Shown: positions 40,378-48,956 of the stretch, piece by piece
Layout of the letters: each line of letters begins with the position of its first letter
Numbering within the stretch: the stretch's first letter is position 1
Virus record (IMG/VR): IMGVR_UViG_3300025697_000014
Location: 1-64,000 of that record
DNA from: a virus
Direction: 5' to 3' (one strand)
DNA length: 64,000 nt
Position numbers and translations under genes: made by a program
The notes under the pieces: generated by a model
What the model was told of the DNA's origin: nothing
The model's database searches: none
The model's input: only the letters and a program-made list of their open reading frames with translations

Positions 40378-40957
40378 CCAAACTCCTCTTGTGTATAACG
40401 ATCATGCTCTTGGAGAGATGCATGAACAATATACGGCTTTTGTCAAGACGTGGATCGCCCCACCGGCCATGTCCATAGTCATTTATCTCGTCTATTAGCG
40501 GGCGAAACATATCAACGGTTGTCGGTCCTCCATTGTTGTATTCTGTGCGATATCCAGCGCGTACATCTTCGATAATCCATAGTCCACCAGGTTTAAGATG
40601 CGGAAAGCCAAGATCGAAGGCTGTCTTAACATCTACCGATTGGTGGCTACCATCATCGACAACAACATCGAACTCTCCAAGCCGCGACCATAGATTGCTA
40701 TCTGTAGCATCGCCATGATGGAACTTAAAGCGTGGATCGCTTACATTGTTGATTTTGATATCTATCCCGTCAACGAGTGAATCTGGCAAGTACTCAAGCC
40801 ACATCTTAATAGACATACCCTCGTGAACACCAATCTCTAGCAGGTGTAACGGACGAGGTAGCCAGGACAAATACCACTCGTATCTATACAAGTAGTTGTT
40901 TGCCCTTGACGTCTTGTCCGTTCCACATCTCAGACCGATGTCATTCAGGCTTTCCAT
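40370..40957 (-). CDS. class I SAM-dependent (sugar O-)methyltransferase
   Basis: GTDK, LLEIGV, GIDI, VVDDGSH, LKPGGLWIIED. Confidence 0.8.
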   Translation of the reverse strand: MESLNDIGLRCGTDKTSRANNYLYRYEWYLSWLPRPLHLLEIGVHEGMSIKMWLEYLPDSLVDGIDIKINNVSDPRFKFHHGDATDSNLWSRLGEFDVVVDDGSHQSVDVKTAFDLGFPHLKPGGLWIIEDVRAGYRTEYNNGGPTTVDMFRPLIDEINDYGHGRWGDPRLDKSRILFMHLSKSMIVIHKRSLDA

Positions 40958-41610
40958 TAGACCTCCGGCCACTCGTCAGGGAACCCAGCCTTGTGACGGG
41001 CTTCGTATGTCTCCCTATCGATCTTGTTGTGTTCCATGTCTAGAATCTTGAGACGCTGAGCATCGCGATCCTGATGATGTGTGAATGTTGCTTCTGCGCA
41101 GAATACAAGCGCATGTGCTTCATTAGCTCTGAATGTCCACTCGTTATCGCCATATTCGACGTAGTACCAGGGGAGACCCATTCTACCATTCATAACGGTA
41201 TCAACGTATTCCCGAGTACACATCCATAGGGTGGCTAGTGTTCCATAGTGCCACGGGTCGTGGAAAGCTACAAAGCCCTTGTTGGGCGTGTCTAGGCAAG
41301 CCCGTAGCCAGCCATCGTCGAATTCCATATCGTCCGACATAAGAGCAATCCACTCGCCAGTTGAGACCTGGTAACCAGCTTCCCACTTCTCTTGTGGGTG
41401 TCCGTTACGATAGTCTTCTGGCATAAGCACTACTCGTACATCGAGTAAGTCCATCATAGCTTCTCTGCTTATGATGTCTGGTGCGTCCAGAATGACGATA
41501 ATCTCTGTATTAATACCGGCGGTTGTTGCGCGTATGTTAGCGAGTGATCGCTTGAGACCACCTACTCTGTCTCTACTCGGTATGAGAATGCTGACTAGCG
41601 GATCTGCCAT
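40957..41610 (-). CDS. glycosyltransferase family 2
   Basis: VSILIPSRDR, GEWIALMSDD, YGDNE. Confidence 0.8.
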   Translation of the reverse strand: MADPLVSILIPSRDRVGGLKRSLANIRATTAGINTEIIVILDAPDIISREAMMDLLDVRVVLMPEDYRNGHPQEKWEAGYQVSTGEWIALMSDDMEFDDGWLRACLDTPNKGFVAFHDPWHYGTLATLWMCTREYVDTVMNGRMGLPWYYVEYGDNEWTFRANEAHALVFCAEATFTHHQDRDAQRLKILDMEHNKIDRETYEARHKAGFPDEWPEV

Positions 41611-42134
41611 AGCTCTCTCCCTTCTTCCCCATTCCAGTCCTGGAAGAAAAGGTTGTCCCTTTTCTCGAAGATAGTGATATTGGATTCGTCCTTGTTTACC
41701 TCTATTGTCCTGATAGATGGCGAGAACTGCTTCAGGAATGCGACGATGTTATCTACGTCCTGTGTGCGCCTAGTATCGTGGAAAGCTAGCTTGCCTCCAA
41801 TTTTCAGTAGAGGCCATGCGTTAAATGCGAACTCGCGTCGTTTGTCATCGACTCCATCATCAAAGATGAGATCGTAGCCACTACCCTTTCTCTCCATGTA
41901 TTGTTGGTATGTAACAATCTCTATCTCACGTATGTCTAGATCTGAGAGACGCTTATTGGTGGTCTCAATCCAGTAAGGATCGGTTTCAACCGATTTCATA
42001 GGACATGTAGAATAAGCAGCCATCACCTGTGTAGACGCTCCACATCCAAACTCTAGGATGCTGGTTGCTTCACAGGCAAGCTTACGTAATACCACAGCGT
42101 CTGCTTTACTGATATCGCCAATGTACGGGATCAT
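41595..42134 (-). CDS. class I SAM-dependent methyltransferase
   Basis: ILEFGCGAST, DLIFDDG, LKIGG.LAFHD; start MIPYIG at 42134. Confidence 0.75.
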   Translation of the reverse strand: MIPYIGDISKADAVVLRKLACEATSILEFGCGASTQVMAAYSTCPMKSVETDPYWIETTNKRLSDLDIREIEIVTYQQYMERKGSGYDLIFDDGVDDKRREFAFNAWPLLKIGGKLAFHDTRRTQDVDNIVAFLKQFSPSIRTIEVNKDESNITIFEKRDNLFFQDWNGEEGRELWQIR

Positions 42135-42796
42135 TTCTGTTGAACCTCCATGTGCTCTGCTATCTTGGTAGTCCAGTAATTGGACTGACCAACACCAATT
42201 GATTTCATATAGTATAGCTCGTCGTCTGATAGGTCGCTTACCTTGTCGTAGTACCAAGGGACATGTATAGCATCGTAGGGTGGCGCAGAGCGTACAGCGG
42301 GGAAATCATGTAGTCGACTACGGCATAGACAGAAAGTTGTGTCAATGTCACTGCCATAGAACTGATCGTCTACCTTACGTGACCAAGCAATGGCTTCCCA
42401 CTTCTTAGCCTGGATACCGATAACTGTCGGTGGTAAGTCGCTGGTCCTTAGAGAGAAACCAGACTTACACGCAAACTCATGTCTATCTAGACCTAGCTGA
42501 AGTACATGCGGCCAATCCTTCGGGATATGGTCGATCTTCAGATCGGGGTCTGTGACAACGAAACCACCATTGAGACCAAAGTCGTCCAGGATACTCGTTA
42601 GCCAGACTACAGCACACCCGTAGTTCATATCCATACGCAGAACCTTGTGAGGTGTAGTCTCGTAGTACTCCAGCAACGGGGGATATGTACTCTTGTTATC
42701 TATGATGATAGGGGTTACCCCAGGACACTCAGCAAGATAGTCTGCCATTCTGCGCGGAAGGTGAAGACGGTTGTAGTTGATGATAAAGGCATACAT
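42131..42796 (-). CDS. glycosyltransferase family 2-like protein
   Basis: IINYNR, IIIDNKSTYPPL, VTDPDL, IDTTF. Confidence 0.7.
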   Translation of the reverse strand: MYAFIINYNRLHLPRRMADYLAECPGVTPIIIDNKSTYPPLLEYYETTPHKVLRMDMNYGCAVVWLTSILDDFGLNGGFVVTDPDLKIDHIPKDWPHVLQLGLDRHEFACKSGFSLRTSDLPPTVIGIQAKKWEAIAWSRKVDDQFYGSDIDTTFCLCRSRLHDFPAVRSAPPYDAIHVPWYYDKVSDLSDDELYYMKSIGVGQSNYWTTKIAEHMEVQQK

Positions 42797-42798
42797 GT

Positions 42799-43290
42799 CT
42801 ATTTCCCGTTCCTGCATTCAAAGTGGAGCCACCATGGAACATCTTTATCACCAGGTGATTTATCGAGATTGATTGACGTAAATCCATAGTTGGTAAGTAG
42901 GTCTACCAACGTGATTTTCGTGAAAAGGTTATAGTGCTGATGTGGGTAACCAGCCTGGTCTCCATACAAGTTTCGCATGAAAGTTTCACGATCAATCGTG
43001 CCAGCAACATACTTCTTGATATTAGAGTCAAGGCTAGGAGTAGTGCCGTGTAGAAGGCCGTGCGGTTTGAGAATTCGCTTCCACTCAGGGAAAACGAGGT
43101 GATACTTCCACACAGGAACATGCTCAATTACATCACCAACCCAAATCTCGTCTACATAGTCGTCCTCAAGAGGAATATCAACGAAGTCACACACTATTTC
43201 GATGTGAGGCCCTTCGTCAAAGTCCAAATGAATCCAGTCGTCCAATGGCTTCTTGGTATTCAGGCCGCAGCCCATGTCCAGCTTAATCAT
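42799..43290 (-). CDS. class I SAM-dependent methyltransferase (type 11-like)
   Basis: KLDMGCG, VIEHV, EWKRILKPHG. Confidence 0.8.
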   Translation of the reverse strand: MIKLDMGCGLNTKKPLDDWIHLDFDEGPHIEIVCDFVDIPLEDDYVDEIWVGDVIEHVPVWKYHLVFPEWKRILKPHGLLHGTTPSLDSNIKKYVAGTIDRETFMRNLYGDQAGYPHQHYNLFTKITLVDLLTNYGFTSINLDKSPGDKDVPWWLHFECRNGK

Positions 43291-43319
43291 TGTACCACCT
43301 TTCCATAGTGTATCTCATA

Positions 43320-44141
43320 TCAAGCCTCAGTTGGCTCGACAATATCTGTTTCTACGTGTTTGTTGAAGCCTCCATCAAAGTATGGTGGAATCTGACCGTT
43401 CTGTAGAGCGAGCTTGTATCTGTTGTAGTTCGGCATACCCTGAGAAGCCTGCCTACTCTTCCATGCTGTATATTCAGCTAGTGGATTTGGATCAATGTGA
43501 TCGATATCAACGCCATGTAAGAAGCACGATGAATATCCCAGCTTGTGTGCTCTAAGGGCAGCGATAGCATCGTCAAAGCCATAGACCGTGTCAGGTTGTA
43601 GCAAGTAGCCGAATTCAGGTAACATACTTGGATTGAAGCAGTAACAGGTACCCATAACGTGGTTCGTTTCCTCGATTACTATCCACGGCTCTCCTGGCTT
43701 CTGATCAACCATCAAAAGGCGTGTGCGATAGAATGGTTCCGAAGAAGTAGGCCGTTCCGGTAGATCCTTGCGCTTCATGCCGAGAATACCAACAGAAGGC
43801 ATGCGCTCAAGAACGAACTCTACACGCGATGTCCACCCGGGTGTGTTTATGACACAATCGTTGTCCATCTTACAGAGAACTTCTCCCTCGTCAGCCAGTC
43901 TCCAAGCCTGATTCGTACCACCGGCAATTCCAAGGTTCTCTCCGTTAAAGATCACGGAGAAGTTTTCATAGCGTTCCATGACGGTCTGATAAACATAGTG
44001 TGTCAGTTTACAAGACCCATTGTCCGATACCACAACGCGGTCTGTGCCTCTGATGCTCTCCATCAGCACCTCTAGCGTCTTTGCAGTTAGTTCACTCCTG
44101 CCGTTCTCTTCTGTGTCCCATACGGGCATTGCGATCAACAT
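43320..44141 (-). CDS. glycosyltransferase family 2
   Basis: SDNGS, NLGIAGGTN, KMDND, YGFDD. Confidence 0.8.
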   Translation of the reverse strand: MLIAMPVWDTEENGRSELTAKTLEVLMESIRGTDRVVVSDNGSCKLTHYVYQTVMERYENFSVIFNGENLGIAGGTNQAWRLADEGEVLCKMDNDCVINTPGWTSRVEFVLERMPSVGILGMKRKDLPERPTSSEPFYRTRLLMVDQKPGEPWIVIEETNHVMGTCYCFNPSMLPEFGYLLQPDTVYGFDDAIAALRAHKLGYSSCFLHGVDIDHIDPNPLAEYTAWKSRQASQGMPNYNRYKLALQNGQIPPYFDGGFNKHVETDIVEPTEA

Positions 44142-44392
44142 CTTAGTACTCCCTCCCTTATTGCTAAATCAAAGTGACTCAAAACATTGTCAAGGAACAA
44201 ATCGAAGTCTTCTGTAAGTACACCTCCTATACCTCTACACAACATGGCGTTTCTAAGTCGTATTATAGCGTGCTCTTTTGCATCTACTCGTTTAATACGG
44301 CCTTCTCTAAGTGCGTATAGAAGGCTGTCCAAAGTAGCTTTCTGGTCTTTCGGTAAGCAATATCTTTGCGTGAATTCAAACATATGTGTCAT
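44135..44392 (-). CDS. hypothetical protein, first gene of the late operon
   Basis: ATG at 44392 with RBS AAGGAG, right after the promoter. Confidence 0.45.
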   Translation of the reverse strand: MTHMFEFTQRYCLPKDQKATLDSLLYALREGRIKRVDAKEHAIIRLRNAMLCRGIGGVLTEDFDLFLDNVLSHFDLAIREGVLRC

Positions 44393-44402
44393 GTACTCCT
44401 TT

Positions 44403-44430
44403 ATTATATGCGGTTGTTCGATATAGTCAA
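44403..44430 (-). promoter_or_regulatory. sigma70-type promoter heading the late operon (TTGACT-16 bp-TATAAT)
   Basis: Near-consensus -35 and -10 at the divergence point of the late and + strand regions. Confidence 0.65.
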
Positions 44431-44477
44431 TTTGTTCGCCCATAGCTGCTTCGCAATAAACATCAAATGGAGGTTTG

Positions 44478-44984
44478 ATGAACGTATATACATGCGATTG
44501 GATGCAAACAACGGAAGTGCGTAGGTTAAAGAGGACATTCTGGCAGAGGGTGAAGCAGGGTTTGTTCCGCCCCTTCCAGATCGAGATTGTGGTGACACCT
44601 ATCGAAGAAGTATACGCAATAGGAGACACCGTATTCATGCACCCATCAATGTACGAGGGATGGATAACCGACAAGAACGACGAGAACATCATACTCACTA
44701 GAGAAGCCGGTAGGGGTAGTGGAACCACAACAGCTATGGTACACAGACTCATAGAGTCATTGGTTGTGGATAACCATATCAAGACCGCGACATTGGAGGC
44801 CCATACCAACGCATATGGTTGCCAGATACTAGAGAACCTAATCAAGTACTCGCGGCAAAGAGGTTATGAAGTGGGCCGTATTTTCAGAGACAAGGTTCAG
44901 ATCGAGAAGAAGTGGGTAGTGGTAAATGGCGGGATGTTTGTGCCCAACCTGTATACAGACCATCACAAAGAGGGAATAGGATGA
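44478..44984 (+). CDS. hypothetical protein (degenerate P-loop-like GRGSGTT)
   Basis: RBS GGAGG. Confidence 0.45.
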   Translation: MNVYTCDWMQTTEVRRLKRTFWQRVKQGLFRPFQIEIVVTPIEEVYAIGDTVFMHPSMYEGWITDKNDENIILTREAGRGSGTTTAMVHRLIESLVVDNHIKTATLEAHTNAYGCQILENLIKYSRQRGYEVGRIFRDKVQIEKKWVVVNGGMFVPNLYTDHHKEGIG

Positions 44985-45394
44985 ACAAATACGGTGTAGA
45001 TCTATCGGTAATCAGCAACCAAATGCCTACCCCATATGAAATGATCTTAGAGCATGAGTTCCTACAACTGACCTTCCTTGGCAATCACTACTCGTCATTT
45101 CCATGGCCACCAGTAAGGCAGATTCATGACCTCGTCTCTGATAAGGTAGTAAGAGTACACTTCGTAGACTACGGGCATGGATACGTAGCCATAGCATCCA
45201 TCCGTGCATATAAGGACTGGAAAGCACCGGAGGGATGGAGAGCACTTGAAACCAAGTATGGTTTTACCACCTTCGTAGCGTTCTATCATGTAGGATGCAA
45301 ACACAAAGGCATGACAGATGTCAGAGGTCGTGAATTTGAACATACGTATAGCTGCGCAGAATGTGGATTCTCAGAAACACTCGATAGCTCGTAA
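44981..45394 (+). CDS. hypothetical protein with C-terminal Zn ribbon
   Basis: CKH...CAECG. Confidence 0.5.
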   Translation: MNKYGVDLSVISNQMPTPYEMILEHEFLQLTFLGNHYSSFPWPPVRQIHDLVSDKVVRVHFVDYGHGYVAIASIRAYKDWKAPEGWRALETKYGFTTFVAFYHVGCKHKGMTDVRGREFEHTYSCAECGFSETLDSS

Positions 45395-45405
45395 GGGGAA
45401 TATAT

Positions 45406-45897
45406 ATGATCTGGAATGATGTAATGTTGGCTCAGTGGGCCTCTGTTGGAGGTATTTCGCCTTTTGTACCAGAGCTGGTGAACCCAGCGTCTATAGACCT
45501 TCGCTGGAGCGGTAGATACCGTTTTCGCGAAGGAGGTAAGTGGTCAGACGTACAACTCACCAGTGTGTTGTGGATGAAGCCAGGAGAGCTGTATTTGCTC
45601 GATACTCTTGAGTATATTACGATGCCACCAGATGCTGCCGGTGATATCAAGCTGAAATCTCGCGTTGGACGTAGAGGAATTGAACATTTGCACGCTGGCT
45701 TCGTAGAACCGACTTTTGCCGGTACACTAACGCTAGAAATGACAAATGTCCTCAAATCCCTAGTATCCCTTCAAAACGGAGATCGTCTTGTGCAATTAGT
45801 ACTAATGTCGATGGCACAAGTCCCGCAGAAGCCCTACTCCGAAGTTGGACACTTTATGGGACAAACCGAGCCTACAACAGCGGAAGAACGGGTTTAA
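45406..45897 (+). CDS. dcd: dCTP deaminase / dUTPase family protein
   Basis: NPASIDLR, TLEYI.MP, KSRVGRRG, AGFVEP.F.G.LTLEM. Confidence 0.85.
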   Translation: MIWNDVMLAQWASVGGISPFVPELVNPASIDLRWSGRYRFREGGKWSDVQLTSVLWMKPGELYLLDTLEYITMPPDAAGDIKLKSRVGRRGIEHLHAGFVEPTFAGTLTLEMTNVLKSLVSLQNGDRLVQLVLMSMAQVPQKPYSEVGHFMGQTEPTTAEERV

Positions 45898-46019
45898 TAG
45901 TGCATAAGCAAAGAAATTCAAGCCGTACTATGAAATAGCTATAGAGTAAAGGTATTCCCTTGAACGTAGAGGGGTCTCGACGATCACCTATTTCTGCGCA
46001 CAATCCAAGGAGTAACACG

Positions 46020-46181
46020 ATGAGCAAGATACACAGAGGCGACAAGGTTCATATCAAGGGTAACGAATGGAAGACCTATACCATCAAATGCATTTGGGCA
46101 GAGAAGAACAAGCGAACTGAGGTTAAGCTAGTAGAACTTGATAGATGGTTCTCGGCTCACGATTTGGTGAAAGCGAGATGA
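46020..46181 (+). CDS. hypothetical small protein
   Basis: RBS AAGGAG. Confidence 0.45.
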   Translation: MSKIHRGDKVHIKGNEWKTYTIKCIWAEKNKRTEVKLVELDRWFSAHDLVKAR

Positions 46182-46372
46182 ATAAATACACTATCTATCT
46201 ATCGAGCGGGGAAACGATGGTGATTGAGGCCCATAGATGGAAGTATACTGATATGGATCTGTCGTTTTATGACGAGAATGGAAAGCGGTTAGCAGTAGTA
46301 CAACCGGCTAACTACTGTGGCTTCACAATAGAGGAGATGGAAGATGAAGATCTACATAGCGGGGCCAATTAG
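46178..46372 (+). CDS. hypothetical small protein
   Basis: ATGA overlap with the previous gene. Confidence 0.45.
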   Translation: MNKYTIYLSSGETMVIEAHRWKYTDMDLSFYDENGKRLAVVQPANYCGFTIEEMEDEDLHSGAN

Positions 46373-46772
46373 CGGCCTGTCATTCGACGCTGTTCAAGAG
46401 TTTTTCACAACCAAGAAGAACATACTAGAGATGGCGGGTCATACCGTTCTTAGCCCAATGCTGGGTAAAGATGACCTGCGAAACGAGACAGTACTCAGGG
46501 GCTATGGATACAAGGGCGCAACAACTACTAACCACGCTATTGTTGAAAGAGATAGGTGGATGGTCGAGCAAAGCGATATCGTCTTTGCAGATCTTAGTCA
46601 TGCTAAAAGCGTGAGCATTGGCACCGTGTTTGAGCTTGCGTGGGCATCTCTGCTACGAAAGCATACTGTGGTTGTAATCGACAACTTTCACTACCATGCA
46701 TTCGTCATGGAGGCTGCAGACATCATCTTCGAGACATGTGATGAAGCCCTGGAATACCTGTCTAAGCTATAA
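46344..46772 (+). CDS. nucleoside 2-deoxyribosyltransferase-like protein
   Basis: KIYIAGPI, DRWMVEQSDIV, SIGTVFELAWA. Confidence 0.75.
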   Translation: MKIYIAGPISGLSFDAVQEFFTTKKNILEMAGHTVLSPMLGKDDLRNETVLRGYGYKGATTTNHAIVERDRWMVEQSDIVFADLSHAKSVSIGTVFELAWASLLRKHTVVVIDNFHYHAFVMEAADIIFETCDEALEYLSKL

Positions 46773-46781
46773 GGAGGGGTA

Positions 46782-47207
46782 ATGTCTAGGTTCTACGGAT
46801 GGTTAACTGGTAATCGCGGTACTACGACGAGGTGTGGAACTAGGAATAGCGGGATTCTCACAAGACTCAGGAGCCTAACTGGGATAGAGGTGTCTACAAA
46901 GCTTGGTGAGAAGTTTGACGGCACAGATGTCATATGCTTCTGTATCACTTATGGTGAAGAAGTACTCTTTAGAGCTACATGGGACAGAAAGCGTGGTCTT
47001 GTAATCTCTATACCGGAAAAGGTGGCCCGTAAACCAATTAGAGTGACTTCTGAGTGGAATATAGGTGATATCGTAACCATACGCGACCATTCTTTTGTAG
47101 TAGAAGGAGAATCTAGCAATATCGTCGCAAGACTTAGGAAAATTGATAAAGGGGAAAGATATGGAAAACGAACAAATGGAACAGTTGTCTGCGATACAAC
47201 ACAATGA
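46782..47207 (+). CDS. hypothetical protein
   Basis: RBS AAGGAGG. Confidence 0.5.
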   Translation: MSRFYGWLTGNRGTTTRCGTRNSGILTRLRSLTGIEVSTKLGEKFDGTDVICFCITYGEEVLFRATWDRKRGLVISIPEKVARKPIRVTSEWNIGDIVTIRDHSFVVEGESSNIVARLRKIDKGERYGKRTNGTVVCDTTQ

Positions 47208-47487
47208 GATTTGGTCGCATTGGATGGATTATCTATTCAAGCAATGTCAGGAATATCCAGACGGCAGTATGATGATTCCGGCTAGCTTAGTAGAGCACTG
47301 GGATAGACAAGTACATACCAAGTATGCCGATCTCACAGGGCAAGAGAAAGAGAGTGATCGTGAGCAAGTGCGGAAGTTTGCGCATCTTGTGGGAGATCAA
47401 AAGTGGATTGATGCTCTAGAAGCAGCGGGCGTTGATAATTGGGATGGATATACCTACGCAATAGATGTATATCAAGGGAGAGGGTGA
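47161..47487 (+). CDS. hypothetical phage protein
   Basis: Ends ALEAAGVDNWDGY, a pattern seen in small phage proteins. Confidence 0.5.
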   Translation: MENEQMEQLSAIQHNEIWSHWMDYLFKQCQEYPDGSMMIPASLVEHWDRQVHTKYADLTGQEKESDREQVRKFAHLVGDQKWIDALEAAGVDNWDGYTYAIDVYQGRG

Positions 47488-47488
47488 T

Positions 47489-48220
47489 ATGATCATCGTC
47501 ATTGGACGCGGTCATTCAGGTACGCGGGCTATAGCACATACACTATTAGCCAGTGGTGTTCATATGGGCCACCATCTCAACGGTGCGGGCGATCTCATTC
47601 CAGCAGAGGCCATGTATGACGCAGCTAAGATCTTTAGCAGGTACGTGACCTATAAAGGTGACCTGCTGTGGAACTTTGACTCAGCAATGACTATCCGTAT
47701 CTTGCCAAAAGAGTATAGGTCTGCTTTGGACTTCTATCTACAGGATATAGTGAATAGCGGTTATGCGCAGAAAGGGTGGAAGCTCCCAGAGACCATTCTA
47801 TCGCTGCCGTGGATCATTCGTAGGTTCCCTGACGCGCATTACATCTACTGGGTCCGAGATCCCCGAGATTGCATCCTGGGCAATCATATGACCGATAATC
47901 TCAAAGATTTCGGTATCGATTACACAGAAGATGAGGACGTACGAGTAAATCGCGCTATTTCCTGGAAATATCAGTACAACTTGATGCTTGCAACACCAAA
48001 ACCAGAGCATTACATCGAAATCAGGTTCGAGGACTTCGTACTAGAGCAGTATGATACACTAGGTCGTCTTGAGAACTTCCTGGGGATTCCGTTGGCCACA
48101 ATACCAGTTCGCGAAGAGTCCATAGGCCGCTGGAAGACACCTCATACCATGGATAAGATTGGATTCCTAAAGCCCTATATGGCACGCTTTGGATACGAGG
48201 AGGAAAACGATGGCGAATAA
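47489..48220 (+). CDS. sulfotransferase family protein
   Basis: IGRGHSGT, GWKLP, VRDPRD, IRFEDF, LENFLG. Confidence 0.75.
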   Translation: MIIVIGRGHSGTRAIAHTLLASGVHMGHHLNGAGDLIPAEAMYDAAKIFSRYVTYKGDLLWNFDSAMTIRILPKEYRSALDFYLQDIVNSGYAQKGWKLPETILSLPWIIRRFPDAHYIYWVRDPRDCILGNHMTDNLKDFGIDYTEDEDVRVNRAISWKYQYNLMLATPKPEHYIEIRFEDFVLEQYDTLGRLENFLGIPLATIPVREESIGRWKTPHTMDKIGFLKPYMARFGYEEENDGE

Positions 48221-48452
48221 AACGATGCTTGGACAGGAGTTGATTGACATTCTAGGATTACCAGACCACATCTACCGGTTTGGGATCGTATTCCAGGCAG
48301 GGCAACCGCCAATAGTGAAGTGTGAGTATCGCCTGGATCTAGCCGATGATGAAATACTGGGATTCAAGAGAGCATTCAAGAAATACCAGCTGGTTGAGAC
48401 TGATTCTGTGGAGGAAGGCGATGAGCAAACAGACAACGACGGTAAGGTTTGA
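48210..48452 (+). CDS. hypothetical protein
   Basis: RBS GAGGAGG. Confidence 0.45.
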   Translation: MANKTMLGQELIDILGLPDHIYRFGIVFQAGQPPIVKCEYRLDLADDEILGFKRAFKKYQLVETDSVEEGDEQTDNDGKV

Positions 48453-48738
48453 AGGTACAGTGATTAGTAAAAGTATGGGCCAGGTCGTTCTTCGTAAGAC
48501 AGATGGCACCATGCACGAAATCAGAACGAAATGGAAGTATGACATTACATGTAGGCCTATAGAGCCAGAGATCGCAAAGTGTGTCCATTGTGGTTGCATG
48601 ATGAAAGTTGTCGAAGCAAAACACGCCAATGTCGTTGGCTATAAGACACGATGTGGCAATTGTAGCAGTATGGGACCGTGGGCCAGTAGTCGAATGGACG
48701 CCATAGTGAGATCTAACAAGAGACCGGGATATGAGTAA
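48421..48738 (+). CDS. Lar-like (restriction alleviation) Zn-finger protein
   Basis: CVHCG...CGNC...GP.....DAI..SNKR. Confidence 0.5.
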   Translation: MSKQTTTVRFEGTVISKSMGQVVLRKTDGTMHEIRTKWKYDITCRPIEPEIAKCVHCGCMMKVVEAKHANVVGYKTRCGNCSSMGPWASSRMDAIVRSNKRPGYE

Positions 48739-48956
48739 TGGATACCGAAAGGGAGTGGGAAATGCTAAGGGTAAAGATCATGGCGAACTACAGCCTAATA
48801 GAGGAGATCTACATTCAGCGTGAAGCTGGTGGTGATCTCGATGGCTTCTGTGACTACAGAATACGTTTCCCTGCTACAGAAGGCCTGATCAAGCACTGGA
48901 GACCAGATGGAGCTAGGGTCCTCGTCAAAAAGGCACTAGACCACTTACTGTCATGA
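48738..48956 (+). CDS. hypothetical protein
   Basis: Translationally coupled to its neighbours. Confidence 0.45.
   Translation: MDTEREWEMLRVKIMANYSLIEEIYIQREAGGDLDGFCDYRIRFPATEGLIKHWRPDGARVLVKKALDHLLS

Noticed and set aside
6396-44141. Many short + strand ORFs within the late operon
   Set aside because: They are antisense shadows of long, motif-bearing - strand genes and show no recognisable motifs.
44135-44845. 236-aa - strand ORF as listed in the track
   Set aside because: Its 5-prime part overlaps the + strand gene 44478-44984 and the promoter; the RBS supports a start at 44392.
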